From the human T2T-CHM13v2.0 reference genome, Homo sapiens: DNA of 64,000 nucleotides. Below, piece by piece: positions 11,609 through 24,474 of this stretch. Numbering within the stretch: the stretch's first letter is position 1; the number at the start of each line of letters is the position of its first letter. A program made the translations under genes and the position numbers. Below the pieces are notes generated by a model. It worked only from the letters and a program-made list of their open reading frames with translations, was not told where the DNA came from and searched no databases. The DNA lies in assembly GCF_009914755.1 (NCBI RefSeq), contig NC_060934.1; one strand, 5' to 3'.

Positions 11609-12217
11609 ATAATATTCTTTTTTGGTACATAGTATTTCACTGCTTTGGGGTATCATATGTTGGTAAAATACAAATGTTATCATAATTTATTTTGCTGAAA
11701 TACAAATGCTATTAAAGAATGTGAAGACATTTAACCACTATGGGTCATGAACACTTTAGTTCTTACTTGACTTATTTAACCTTAAACTAAAGACTTGGTG
11801 GGGGAGGGCAAGGAGGCCATGCCCCAGGAATTGGGCATAGGTCTGCTGTGTTAGCAGGCTCAGGTGAACAGAGTGTCTCCAGATGGCTGAGGAAAGGGAG
11901 AGCTCTGGACAAAGGATGAAAGAGAAGAGGTTGATGTTGAAATGGACTTCTCTAGGTAGATACACTTGGGTTGGCCCTGTCTGGGGCTTTGGGCCTCTCT
12001 AACTCTCAACTTCCAGTATAAGTCTAAGCCAAGTTCAAAGGTATAGGTTCTGGAGCTTCTCCCAACAGAACAAGGTCGTTTCCACATGACTCAATACTGG
12101 CCAAACAGCTAGCCAGTAAGTTATGGGGAGGAGGGAAAAAAAAAGAAAGTACTTAATTAAAGAGGGAGGAAATTAACTTTATTGAGTGCCTACTATGTAC
12201 CATCGTATATGCTTACA

Positions 12218-12365
12218 CAAAAAAGTGTTTGGCAAAATTCAATATCTACTTATGACAAAAATTTTTATGAAACTAGAAATAGGAGGGAACATTTTCAATT
12301 TGGTGAAAGGCATCTAGGAAAAACCATTGACTAACATCAGACTTAATGGAAAAGAATTGAGTGTA
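12218..12365 (+). mobile_element. Short L1 ORF2 (RT region) fragment embedded in a MIR
   Basis: aaaaagtgtttggcaaaattcaa...aaactagaaataggagggaac...aaaggcatctaggaaaaacc...ctaacatcagacttaatgg, flanked by MIR halves. Confidence 0.6.
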
Positions 12366-12744
12366 TGTTATCTGACTACTCCATCCAATGGTTCTGTTAT
12401 CCCCACTTTACAGATAGAGGAGACAAGGGCTGAAAATATCAATTAACTTGCATAAAGTTATACAAAGAAAATTCTAAGAAATCAGGAGGCTATTGTTAAG
12501 AACACTTGCAATCTTTAACGTCCTGCTAGGACTAAAAAATTGTGTCTATCCTCTTCCTACTTTGAAATTTGAGTTTGATAGATAGGGTTTCAGCAGCAAC
12601 TTGGAGATGCTAAACAACAAATAATATCAGATTCACTCTGGAGGCTGCAGCAGAAAGATCATCAAAGATATGGTTTGGAAGATGTGACTTGAGGGGAATA
12701 AAAATGAAGTTATTGAACCAAAATTAGCCCTGTTTATGGGTTTG

Positions 12745-13100
12745 TTCATTCATTCAATAAATGCTTATTGTATTTCTACTCTGTGCCAGGCACTGTACTA
12801 GGTCTGGCTTATATACATGGTTACCTCCTGGAACCATTAGTCAAGAGGCAGACACTAATGGGATAGTGACACAGTTAAATGCTAAACACAACTTTGGCAG
12901 ATGTCATTAGAAGAAAATGTAATGTGGGAGCATGACAGGAGGACTTGACTTAGTGTGTGAAGTCAGGAAAGTGACCAAGGATCTGAAATCTCACGAAACG
13001 AAGGTCTTGCTAAAGGTTCCCTGGCAGGAGCAAGAAAGAGGAGCAGAGAGATTGGAGGAAAGGAGATCAAGAACAGCCTGAAGCCTGTTCATGTGGGGGT
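12745..13100 (-). mobile_element. L2 fragment
   Basis: ttcattcattcaataaatgcttattg...ctactctgtgccaggcactgtactagg, the L2 3' end in antisense. Confidence 0.65.
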
Positions 13101-13901
13101 AGTCACTGACTGTGGCTTTACTTATACAGCAGCTTGGGAGGTTTGACATTCAAGGCAGGAGAAGTACTTGTAAAGATTGCCCAAACTGAGGACTTATTAA
13201 TAGCTGACAACTTCCACAGATTCCTGGGATGGCTTGAGCAAACTTTTTTGTTATCTTGAAGGCTGAATGTTTCATGTTTTTGTCCGCCTAGCCATACAGC
13301 ACTAGCTGTGTTTGGGGCCCTCCACGTAATTCTGTGGTCTGTATCATGTGTCTGCCAAGTGAAACCCCCCATGAAGATTTTCTTGTGAATTTCCAGATGT
13401 TAGTGTGTTGAAATTGAATGGAGAAGAGTCCCTCTTATCTCTGTATATTCCTGGGAATTGAAAGGGATGGCGGTCCCTCTTCCCAACATTGAAATCAGCC
13501 TTGGCTTCTTCAGGAAGATTTTGTAACTATGACAAATATATATATATATATTTTTAAAATTTTCATTTTAGGGCCAAAGTTCTAGAAAGCTAGACATGTG
13601 TCAGCTGCAGAAAGTATCCACCGAGATGAATGGTTTTGGCTCTGCTGGCTATTGCATGGCATGATGACCTCGTGTTCCCAGCCCTAAATGAGTAAATTAA
13701 CCTCAGCTAGGAGAAAAAATCTTAGCTACAAAACCAAAGGCCAAAGTCCAGAGGACTCGTCAGCTTCATCAGTAGAGAGTGAGTATAGCTCAACACAAAT
13801 CCATCACTGAAAGCAGTGCAACCAAGGCAGCGGCGAGGTTGGTGGGGGCTGGGAGGAATCAACTTCTCTAATGACAGACAAGGCTGTGCTTCACTTCCAC
13901 A

Positions 13902-13920
13902 TGGCCACAAGGTGGCAGTG
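13902..13920 (+). promoter_or_regulatory. CTCF binding motif
   Basis: TGGCCACAAGGTGGCAGTG fits the 19-bp CTCF consensus TGGCCACCAGGGGGCGCTA using only commonly tolerated substitutions; it lies in unique sequence. Confidence 0.7.
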
Positions 13921-15299
13921 TTTCTCCTGGTACTAAAATTTGCCCCTGCTTGTATGAAAAAGACTTATTCCCTATGGAAACAATGTCTGTCATTTCACAT
14001 TTTGATTCATTTTTTTTCCTCAACAGAGAAACAGGCCAGCATGGGGTAAGGCAAGGATTAAATGTGAAATCGGGTAGTCCAGGTTCTAATTCTAGCTCTG
14101 CCGTGAACTAACTGTATAACTTTGGATTTACCATGTCTGAGTTTCAATTTGCTCATCCACAAAATGGAGATACATCTCGCCTGCTCTTCTTATAATTGTC
14201 AGGCACAATAATAAACTATATATGCAAGTGTGATCAATTATAACGTACCATAACACTGGTTCTTAACTTTTAATATAAGAATCACATGAGGAAATTTTAA
14301 AAATACACACCCTCAAGGCCCAGCTTCTAAAGATGTTTCAAGAAGTCCAGGCCTATGCCTTAGAGTTTGTATACTACTACATATTCATCTGCAGGTATCA
14401 AGATGATGAAGGCCTAGGGACCACAATTTGAGAAACTACACTATGCAAATATATACCAGTAGAAAGTGAGAGGTTAAGGCACAGAAGTTTCTCTTACCTT
14501 TTCATGTAATGGTATTTATTTTTCTCTATTTTGAGTAAAAGTTTTACAAACACTCCACTACCCTTAGATTAACTAACTGAGGGCAGAAGTCTATATTTTA
14601 TTCACCTCCTTATGTTCACAGCAATTGTTAGGATGTTAATTGGATAATAATCAGATAACAATGGTTATCTGAATCTTTGATGGAGGTAATCTGTAGAGCA
14701 TCCCTAGCAATGTCACTCCATTTACAGGGATATTTGGTGATAGGACCTGGCAGACTCAATAGAATTCACCTGAGCTTTGCCTTTGTACCCCCATGGGCTC
14801 ATTTTTGTCACCTAGTAAGTGACCAGTGCCATTTAGCAATTGCTGAATCATGGGCTTCACTGTGCTGAAACAGTTGTGCAGGAAATTTAGCAATGAGGTT
14901 CCATAAAACTCCCGGAGTTTTCTGTCACTATGGTTATCACAGATCACCAGGGCTTTTCAACCAGCACCGGCAGTATTTTCAGGGTCTTTAAGAGAGACTT
15001 AGCCCCCTTACTCCTCAGAGGGTGCTCCCTGCTGAGCTGTTGCCCTAAGAGAGGGTCTAGTTCAAAGGTGAATATAGCAGGAGAGATGTGCAGTCTGGCA
15101 CCTTGGGCCTGTGGCCAGGGTACAATAGCTCGAATGTGATATCCCCAGCACCTGAATGTGGATATTCAAATCTCCTCTTAGGTAACAGCAAAGAAGACTC
15201 TTAGCAAAGTTGTCAGAGGCAGCTACGGAAACTTGCTGTATTCAAATTTCACATTGATAGAGAAAGGAAAGTGCTTAAATTGAACCATGGGCTTTTAAA

Positions 15300-15757
15300 T
15301 CTTTCAGCAAATATTTATTGAGCAACAGTTGTTTTTCAGCAGGAACCATTCTAGGCCTTTGATTAAAATGTGAGTAAAATATCCAAAGACTCTGCTATTC
15401 TGAGGTTGAGATTCCAGCAGCAGGAGATGGAAAAATAATAAACATAATGATTACATAAAATACTTTATGTTAGGAAGGGATATATGATCTGGTAAGTAAT
15501 GCAGGGTATAGGAGATTGGGGAGAAGTCAGTGAGGGGAAGAAGCAAGGTGTATTATTAAATAGAATGGTGAGGAGAGGCCCCTGTGAGATTGGAACAAAG
15601 ACTTGAAGAAGAGTTGTTCAAACAGAGAAAATAACAAGAGCAAGGGTCTAGGGCCAGAGCACGCCAGGCACTCAGGAGGCATAGCAAAGATGCCAGTGCA
15701 GCTGCAGTGGATGAGCTCAGGGAGATCACGGGAATCCAGACCACATAGACTTGGTCC
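15300..15757 (-). mobile_element. L2 fragment
   Basis: ttcagcaaatatttattgagca...ccattctagg...gaggcatagcaaagatgccagtgcagctgcagtg. Confidence 0.6.
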
Positions 15758-16249
15758 TACTGGAGGACAAGGATTTTGCTGAAGGTATCTTTGTATCCTC
15801 AAGGACGAATATTGTGTTTTGCTTGCACCAGAGGCTCGAATGGATTGGCCTCAGGATAGGATAAAGCCTTGGGGGAGGTTGTGCCACAGGAAAGAGCTGA
15901 AGGTCTAGCCTTCAGGGAATGGGCACCCCTTTGGGAAAAGAGATAATTCATGAGAAGTGGGTATAGTATGCATGCTGGAGTCAATTGCAGTGTGGAGAGC
16001 TGCAGAAGAGCATTTGCTGAATTAGTGGGACCCTAAATCAGTATGGGGAAAGGTCCCCACTGCAGCACTTTCTACACCTCATCCTCCTATATTCTACTTG
16101 TGCCTGTGGCCTTTTCTCCACCCCGCCCCCTGCCCACTCAGCACTCAACTGACCTATGCATAACACCTTAGTCATCCTTTCACTGAGAAAGGACTTTCTT
16201 AAGAACTTAGAATGCGGAAAGTCCCTTTCTCCTTTTCCTCTTTTTGTTT

Positions 16250-16540
16250 TCAATTGAGATGAAGATCACATAACATAACAATTAACCATTTTAAAGTATA
16301 CAATTTCGTGGCATTTAGCACATTCACAATGTTGTGCAATCGCCACTTCCATCTAGTGCCAGAACATTTTCTTCACCTCAAAAGAAAATCCATTAAGCAG
16401 TCACTCCCCACCCCTCCCTCTCCTCAGTCCCTGGAAACCACTAATCTGATTTCTGTCTTAATGAGACGAACTCTTCCAGATATTTTATGTAAATAGAATC
16501 ATATTCTGTGTAGCCTTGTGTGTCCAGTTTCATTCACGGA
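16250..16540 (-). mobile_element. L1M (L1MB-like) 3' end fragment
   Basis: cacataacatacaattaaccattttaaagtatacaatt...gcatttagcacattcacaatgttgtgcaa...aaccactaatctg. Confidence 0.75.
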
Positions 16541-17113
16541 AATGCGTTTCTTAACTCTAAAAACAATCCAGTAAAGATGCAAATTTTAATTACTGCACAG
16601 TCAGGAAGGTAATGCAGTGGCAGCTAGTTATGTCTGATGGCAGCAGTCCAAGGCTTTCAAGATTTCTTCAGCTTCTGAAGGTGACATGAGGAAAATGAAA
16701 TGTACATAATGCTTGTCAGACTTCTATTTCCTAGAGCCAGTAAGCTTTGGATAAAGATCCAGAATATGGACGACATCAGTAATAGCTCTGATAGATCACC
16801 TCACAGCCTTACCTCATGTTCCGCCCTTAACTGTCAATAACAGCAAGTGTTAGAACAGGTAAGTTTACTGTGCTGGTTTCCTGTGGAGGGTGGGAGTGAA
16901 GAGAGGTTTGAGGTTGTCTTATTCTTCAGTCTGGGTGTATTATCATCAGTCCATGCAAGAACACTTGAAAACATTTTTTCATTTATGTATTTTATTCCCA
17001 GACTCCACTTCTATTGGCATTCCTAATAGGTAGCCATTCTAATGTATTTAAAATGCACGTTTCTCTTTGTGTGTAGTAATGTGAACTATTTATTGCTGTC
17101 TTGTGTACCTACA

Positions 17114-17212
17114 TTTTTTTTTTTTTTTTTTGAGATGGAGTCTTGCTCTTGTTGCCCAGGCTGGAGTGCAGTGGTGCGATCTCGGCTCACCACAACCTCC
17201 ACCTCCCAGGTT
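17114..17212 (-). mobile_element. Truncated Alu (3' part of right arm)
   Basis: poly(T) followed by gagatggagtcttgctcttgttgcccaggctggagtgcagtgg...acctcccaggtt. Confidence 0.9.
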
Positions 17213-17594
17213 GATTGTATGTTAACATATCTCATGATATTTCCACTCAATATGATGTTTTGAAGATCAATCCATATATATGTACGTAAATAAGTCAATA
17301 AACTTTTGTATATTAACCTGTATATATAATTCATATATTTGTAAGCATCATGTATATCACACACATGCATACACATATATCTAAATATACATCATATATC
17401 ATATATCATATGACATCATATACATCATATATATCACAGCACCTTGCACAAACTTGGTGTTAAATAAATTAGTATCAACAGAAGGATCAAGTTTTGCTTT
17501 TCATACCCACAAAATAGTTTCTTTCTAAACTAATCTACCTTTTTGAAATGCAGGATAAATATAATACTATTATTCAAGATAATAAAATCACTTC

Positions 17595-17683
17595 ATACAC
17601 ACACGCACACACACACATATATATATACACATATACATACATATGTATGTATATGTATGTATATGTGTATGTGTATATATATA
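17595..17683. repeat. Compound (CA)n/(TA)n/(TATG)n microsatellite; a second CATAT-rich tract lies at about 17275-17435
   Basis: Directly visible. Confidence 0.9.
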
Positions 17684-18748
17684 CTGGAGGACAAGGACTT
17701 TGCTGAAGTCATCTTTGCATCCTCAAGGACGAATATTGTATTTTACGTGTACCAGATATATATATTCCATTTTGCAGTGGGTCTTATTACCCTCATTTTA
17801 AAGATAAAGAAACTGAGGCTCCAAGAAGATGACTTTGTACATATTCACACCTCTTGCTGCTGACAATTCAAACTGAATTCTTGTACTCCAGAGAGACTCC
17901 TGATATCATGAGTAGTGTCATTTGTTGGAAATCATGGTCATGCCTTCACTGGAAGCCTAGTGAACTTTCACTGAACACCAACAGGCATCTGGCCTGAGAT
18001 CTAGAGTTAACTGAGTGGGTGCTTTTCCCCCACCCCGAGTCAGTTCTCAACTGATGCTTTTTTTAAGGTGAACAGACCAGGCTCAGGTCAGCCAGGTACT
18101 TTCTGTGCCTCATACTGTCTTTCACAAATGTGGGGTGTGTGTGTGTGTGTGTGTGTATGTGTTGTGAAGTCCCTATTCTGTATTCTGTTTCCAGCTTACA
18201 AGATCCAGTGGTTTCTAACAAGAGCTACAGTGGCCTTGTTTGTTTCCAGGTGATTCTTTCTTGATGGCATTTGGCAATATGATTGAGACGACAGCTCGCT
18301 GACTTTAGAAACATATGTACACACCTGTAATGTGACATTTTGTTAACTGAAAAAATATGTATTGAATATTTGTCCAACTACATCCTAGCACTCATCTAAA
18401 CGCTGCGCATATAGCAATGTACTCAATGTTATTACCACAATGAGTTTACCTCATGATGAAAATATACAGCAGAAAATAAATATAGTAATTAAATATTTTC
18501 TACTCTAATAAAGAATATCAAGAAAAAGTACAGATGCTATGAACTGATATAGCAAGAAAACCTTATTTAGACTGGGGCGTGGGTGGAAGATCAGGGGGAG
18601 GCTTCCCAAGGAAATGACCTATGTTTCCTTCCATGTCTAAATGTATCTCTGTATAGACATGAACGGATAATCATGAAAACTTAAAGGTGACTATCTCCAG
18701 GCAGTGGAATTATGTGGGATTATTTTTTCCATATATATTTATATAATA

Positions 18749-19374
18749 TGGGAGGAAGGTTTTTCTCAACCCTCTTAGGGTCCCTGAGAGAGCTGACACA
18801 GACAGATTAGCAGGAGAGAAGCATTACGAATTTATTTAACATAAGTTTGATGTGACACAGAAGCCTTCAGAAATGAAGATCCAAAGACCTGTTGTCCCAG
18901 CCACTGGGGAGGCAGAGGAGGGGAGATCAATTGAGCCCAGGGGTTTGAGGCTGCAGTGAGCTATGATTGCAGCACTACATTCCAGTCTGAGAGACAGAGC
19001 TAGACTCTGTCCTAAAGAAAAAAAAAAAAAAAGATCCAAAGACACAGGTAAACTTGTTTATTTTTAATGCTGGGTTTGATGAGATGGATGGACATGAGCA
19101 AGTAGGATTGGACAACGGTGGTATGATCTAACGGTAGTAATTGAGAAGAACTTAGCAAAGCCTGTTTGTTCAGATTCCTCTTGACATTTCTGTGTCTTTG
19201 AAGATAAGAATGCTTCTTTCCTCTGGGTATAGGGAAGGTACCTCTTGAATGAGGGTCTTACGACCTGCTTAAGGGGAGAAGGGCAGTGTAAGGTGAGAGT
19301 GACCTTCCTGCTTCTGCTATTTTTTCAAGTTCCGAGGTGCCATATTTTGGGGCAGAATGTCCTGAATCCCAACA
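18749..19374 (-). mobile_element. MER31 (ERV1) LTR interrupted by an Alu monomer
   Basis: Plus strand ends gtgaccttcctgcttctgc...ggtgccatattttggggcag...tcctgaatcccaaca, the reverse complement of the MER31 5' end. Confidence 0.8.
18889..19030 (+). mobile_element. 5'-truncated AluJ/FRAM right arm
   Basis: ctgttgtcccagccact...gcagtgagctatgattgc with A-tail; 13-bp TSD aagatccaaagac at 18876-18888 and 19031-19043. Confidence 0.9.
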
Positions 19375-22300
19375 ACATCCACAAGAATTATATTTCAAAG
19401 GCATTTACTATGCAGATAAAGTACATAGGCATTTATTGAAGGCACAGTTGATTCAAATCTATAGGGGATTTACCCTTTGCTGATTTTGTGCCTTTGACTT
19501 TGTAGCACTGACTTAATCAGGAACTATTTGATACTTACAGAGGGACTTGGGAAATCTCAGAGACTGCATTTTTCTCAAGGGACAGATTGCAAAATATTCA
19601 TTACAAACTTAAATATAGTCAGCGTCTGCTGGACTCTAATAGAAGCCATCACACATGGCTAATTTTCCTGCAGCACCAAGAATTGAACCTCCTTGATGAA
19701 GAAGCCACTCAAGTCAGAGCACCTATACCATGTGTGCATGCAAAGGAAGATGTTGAAGAGAGTTTGCACTACTTGGGAGCTTGCTGTCTAGTGGAAAAGC
19801 CAAGCCAAGCACATATAAACACATTCTGAGTGCACATTGGTAGCATTCTTCAGCAACCCAGGATGGCAGGTTGGTCATCTTAACTGTGGTCATTTAACAT
19901 ACGGCAGTGAGCGTGCATGATTACTTGGTGGGAGGGATGTTTAAAATGTGGAGGACTGTACTCATGCCTGAGATTTTAATTCAGAGGTGCAGCACAGAGA
20001 TCTAAATCCCTAATGTGTTCCCATTGATAACCCCTTGAGAAATAAGGAACCTGTAGATGGTCTTCAAGGGGCTTTGAATCCTCTAAAATTATATATTAAA
20101 TTTGGCTTGCAAATAAATTTGTCTAGGAAGCAATGCCTTTTGTTCATCAGCTTTTTAAAATCCATGTTGAAAATAAGTTAAAAATCACCACCAAGAAGAA
20201 TAAATATTGCTGCACAATTACCAAGTGACTGGCCCACAGCGGGACACTTTAGACACATTGTCTTATTCCAACAAAAACCCATGAACTGTATTTATGTCTC
20301 CATTTTACAAATTATGAAACTGAGGCTCAGAGAAGTTAAATATTTCTTCTTCTCCCGAAACCCCCACCCGCTCTAGTTACATAGCTCATAGGTAAAGACA
20401 GAATTTGGACTATAGTCTTTTTTTCTTCTATCTCTTTACTTTGTATGTGTGTGTGTGCATGTACACATGGTTAATTTTTAAAAAATATTGTGGGTACAGA
20501 ATAGTAATATATATTTATGGGGTACATGAGACATTTTGATACAGGCATGCAATGCATAAAAATCATCACATCAGAATAAATGGGGTATTCATCACTTTAA
20601 GCATTTATCCTTTCTTTGTGTTACAAAAAATTAAATCATACTTTTAGTTGTTTTTAAATGCACAATAAATTATTGTTGATTGTAGCTACACTGTTGTGCT
20701 ATCAAATACTAGATCTTATTTATTCTTTCTAAGTATAGTTTTGTACCCATTAACCAGCCCCACCTCTACCCTCCCACCCCCACCCCCACCCCCAATACAC
20801 TTCTCAGCCTCTGGTAACCATCATTCTACTTTCTATCTACATGAGTTCAATTGTTTTCATTTTTTTAGCTACCACAAATAAGTGAGAACATGCAAAGTTT
20901 GTCTTTCTGTGCCTGGCTTATTTCAGTTAACATAATGGCCTCCAGTTCCATCCATGCTTTTAAAAATGGCAGATCTCATTCTTTTATATGGATGAATAGT
21001 TTTCCATTATGTATATGTGCCAAATTTCTTTATTCATTCATCTGTTAAGGAACATTTAGGTTGCTTCCAAATCTTAGCTATTGCAATTAACATGGAGTGC
21101 AGATATCCCTTCAATATAATGGTTTCCTCTCTTTTGAGTGTATACGTAGCAATGGGATTGCTGAATCATATGGCAGTTCTTTTTTTAGTTTTTTGAGGAA
21201 CCTCTAAACTGTTCTTCATAGTGGTTGTGCTAATTTACATTCCCACCAACTCTGTATAAGGGTTCCTTTTCTCCACGTTTTCACCATCATTCGTTATTGC
21301 CTATCTTTTGGATAAAAGCAGTTTTAGCTGGGGTGAATGATAACTTATTGTAGTTTTGATTTTCATTTCTCTGATATTGAGCATAACTGTTTACCATTTG
21401 TATGTCTTATTTTGAGAAAAGTCTATTTATGTCTTATGCCCATTCTTTCATTGGATTATTAGATTTTTTCCTATAGAGTTGTTTGAGCTGATTATATATC
21501 CTGGTTATTAATCATTTGTCAGATGGATAGTTTGCACACATTTTCTCCCACTCTCTTGATTGCCTCTTCACTTCATTGACTGTTTCCTTTGCTGTGCAGA
21601 TGCTTTTTAACTTGATGTGATCCCATTTGTCTATTTTTGCTTTAGTTGCCTGTGCTTTTGGGGCATTACTCAAGATATCTTTGTCCAGTCCAGTATCCTA
21701 TAGAGTTTCCCCAATGTTTTCTTTTAGTAGTTTCATAGTTTGAGGTCTTATATTTATATTTTTAATCCATTTTGATTTGGTTTTTGTATATGGTGAGAAA
21801 TATGGCTCTAGTTTCATTCTCCTGCTTATGGATAGCTGGTTTTCTCAGCACCATTTATTGAAGAGACCGTCCTTTTTTCATTGCATGTTCTCGGCACCTT
21901 TGTAAAAAATGAGTTCACTGTAGATACATGGATTTATTTCTGGGTTATCTATTCTGTTCCATTGGTATATATATCTTTTTTTTATGCCAGTACCATGCTG
22001 TTCAGGTTACTGTAGCTCGGTAGTGTAATGTGAAGTCAGATCATGTGATTCCTCTCATTTTGTTCTTTTTGCTCAGGATTACTTCACTATTCTGGGTCTT
22101 TTGTGGTTTCATATAAATTTTAGTATTATTTTTCTATTTATGTGAAGATATCATGGTTATTTTGATAGAGATTGCATTAAGTCTGTAGATTATTTCTTTG
22201 GGTAGTATAGACATTTTAACAATATTGATTCTTCTAATCCATGAACATGGAGTATTTTTCTCTCTCTTTTTGGTATCCTCTTCAATTTCTTGCATCAGTG

Positions 22301-24397
22301 TTTTTTAGTTATCATTGTAGAGATATTTCACTTCTTTGGTTAATTCTTGGGTATTTTATTTTATTTTTAGCTACTAAATGAGACTACTTTTTTGTTTTTC
22401 AATTTGTTAGCTAATGGCATACTGAAATACTACTGATTATTGTATGTTGATTTTATATCCTGCAACTTGACTGAATTTCAGTTCTCATAGTTTGTGTGTG
22501 TGTATGTGAAGTCTTAGGTTTTTCTAAAAACAAGATCATATCATCTGCAAGCAAGGATAACTTGACTTCTTCCTTTTAAATTTGGAAGCCTTTTATTTCT
22601 TTCTCTTGTCTGATTGCTCTAGCTAGGACTTCCAGTACTAGGTTGAATAACAGTGGTGAAAGTGGGCATCCTTGTTGTGTTCCAGATCTTAGAGGAAAGG
22701 CTTTCAATTTTTCCCCACTTGATATGACACTAGTTGTGAGTCTGTTGTATATGGCTTTTATTATGTTGAGATATATTTGTTCTATACTCAGTTTTTTGAG
22801 GGTTTTTTCCATGAAGAGATGTTGAATTTTATCAAATGCCTTTTCAGCATCAATTGAAATGATCATATGATTTTTGTCCTTTACTCTGTTTATATGATGT
22901 ATCACATTGATTGATTTGCATATGTTAATTATCCTTACATTCCTGGAATAAATCCCACCTGATCATAATGAATGATCATTTTAATGTGTTGTTGAATTTG
23001 GTTTCCTAGTATTTTATTGAGGACTTTTGCATCAATGTTCATTAGGGATGTTGGCCTATAGTTTTCTTTTTTTAATGTGCCTTTCTTTGGTTTTGGTATC
23101 AGGGTCATATTGACCTCATGTGATAAGTTGGAAAGTATTCCATCCTAGTCTATTTTTCAGAATAGTCTGAGTAGGATTGGCATTAGTTTTCCTTTAAATG
23201 TTTAGCTAAATTCAGCAGTAAAGCCATTAGCTTTTTTATTTTTATTACAGGCTTCAATCTCATTACTTGTTATCTGCCTGTTCAGGTTTTGGATTCCTCA
23301 TGGTTCAATTTTGGTAGGTTGTGTGTACCTAGGAATTTATCCATTTCCTCTAGATTTTCCAATTTATTGGAATATAGTTGCTCATAGCAGCCATGAATGA
23401 TCCTTTGAATTTCTGCAGTATCAGTTGTAATGTTTCCTTTTTAATCTCTGATTTTATTTATTTAGGTGTCTTTGTTTCTTAGTTAGTCAGGCTAAAGGTT
23501 TTTCAGTTTTGTTTACCTTTTCCAAAAACCAACTTTTTGTTTCATTGATTATTTGTATTTATTTGTTTCAATTTCATTTATTTCTGTTCCGACCTTCATT
23601 ATTTATTTTCTTCTACCAGTTTTGTGTTTGGTTGGCTCTTGCTTTTCTATTTCTTTAAGATGCGTTGTTATATTGTTTATTTGAAGTTTTTCTACTTTTT
23701 TGATGTAGGTGCTAATTGCTATAAACTTTCCTCTTAGTACTACTTTTACTGAATCCCATAGGTTTTGGTATTTTTTGTTTCCATTTTGTTTTGTTTCAAG
23801 ACATTTTTAAATTTCCTTCTTAATTTCTTCATTGGCCCATTTGTCATTCAGGAGCATATTGTTTAATTTCCATGTTTGTGAAGTTTCCAAAACTCCTCTT
23901 GCTATTGATTTCTAGATTTATTTTATTTTGGCCAATGTTTTTGAATGTTTTAAGGCTTGTTTTATGGCCTACCATATGGTCTATCCTTGAGAATGATCCA
24001 TGTGCTGAGAGGAAGAATGTGTGTTCTGCAGCCATTGGATGAAATGTTCTGTAAATATCTATCAGGTCCATTTGTTATATAGTGCTGATTAAGCCCTATG
24101 TTACTTTGTTGATTTTCTGTCTGGATGATCTGTCCAATGCTAAAAGTGGGGTGTTGAAGTCTCCAGCTACTATTGTATTGAGGTCTATTGTTCTCTTTAG
24201 CTCTAATAATATTTGCTTTATATATCTGTTGAGTGAATATATATTTAAAATTGTTTCGTCCTCTTGCTGAATTGACCACTTTATCATTATATGATGACCT
24301 TTTTTGTTTCTTTTTATACTTTTGGTCTTGGCATCTATTTTGTCTGATATCACTACAGCTACTCCTGCTCTTTTTTGAATTTCATTTGTGTTGGATA

Positions 24398-24474
24398 TCT
24401 TTTTGCATGACTAATCTATAGTTTTGTTTATCTTTTCCAAAAACCAAAAACTATTTTATAGTCATGCAAAAAGA
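24398..24474. repeat. Inverted repeat/hairpin inside the L1MA
   Basis: Perfect 16-bp arms tctttttgcatgacta (24398-24413) and tagtcatgcaaaaaga (24459-24474), plus inner pairing atagttttg/caaaaactat. Confidence 0.9.

Larger units (their letters stand above)
15758..17756 (+). repeat. Dispersed 75-bp direct repeat (15758-15832 and 17682-17756)
   Basis: tactggaggacaagga...cctcaaggacgaatattgt...accaga occurs twice, 8 mismatches in 75 bp. Confidence 0.9.

Noticed and set aside
20759-20793. C-rich tract (G-quadruplex on the minus strand, poly-Pro ORF)
   Set aside because: Normal G-rich tract of the L1 3' UTR.
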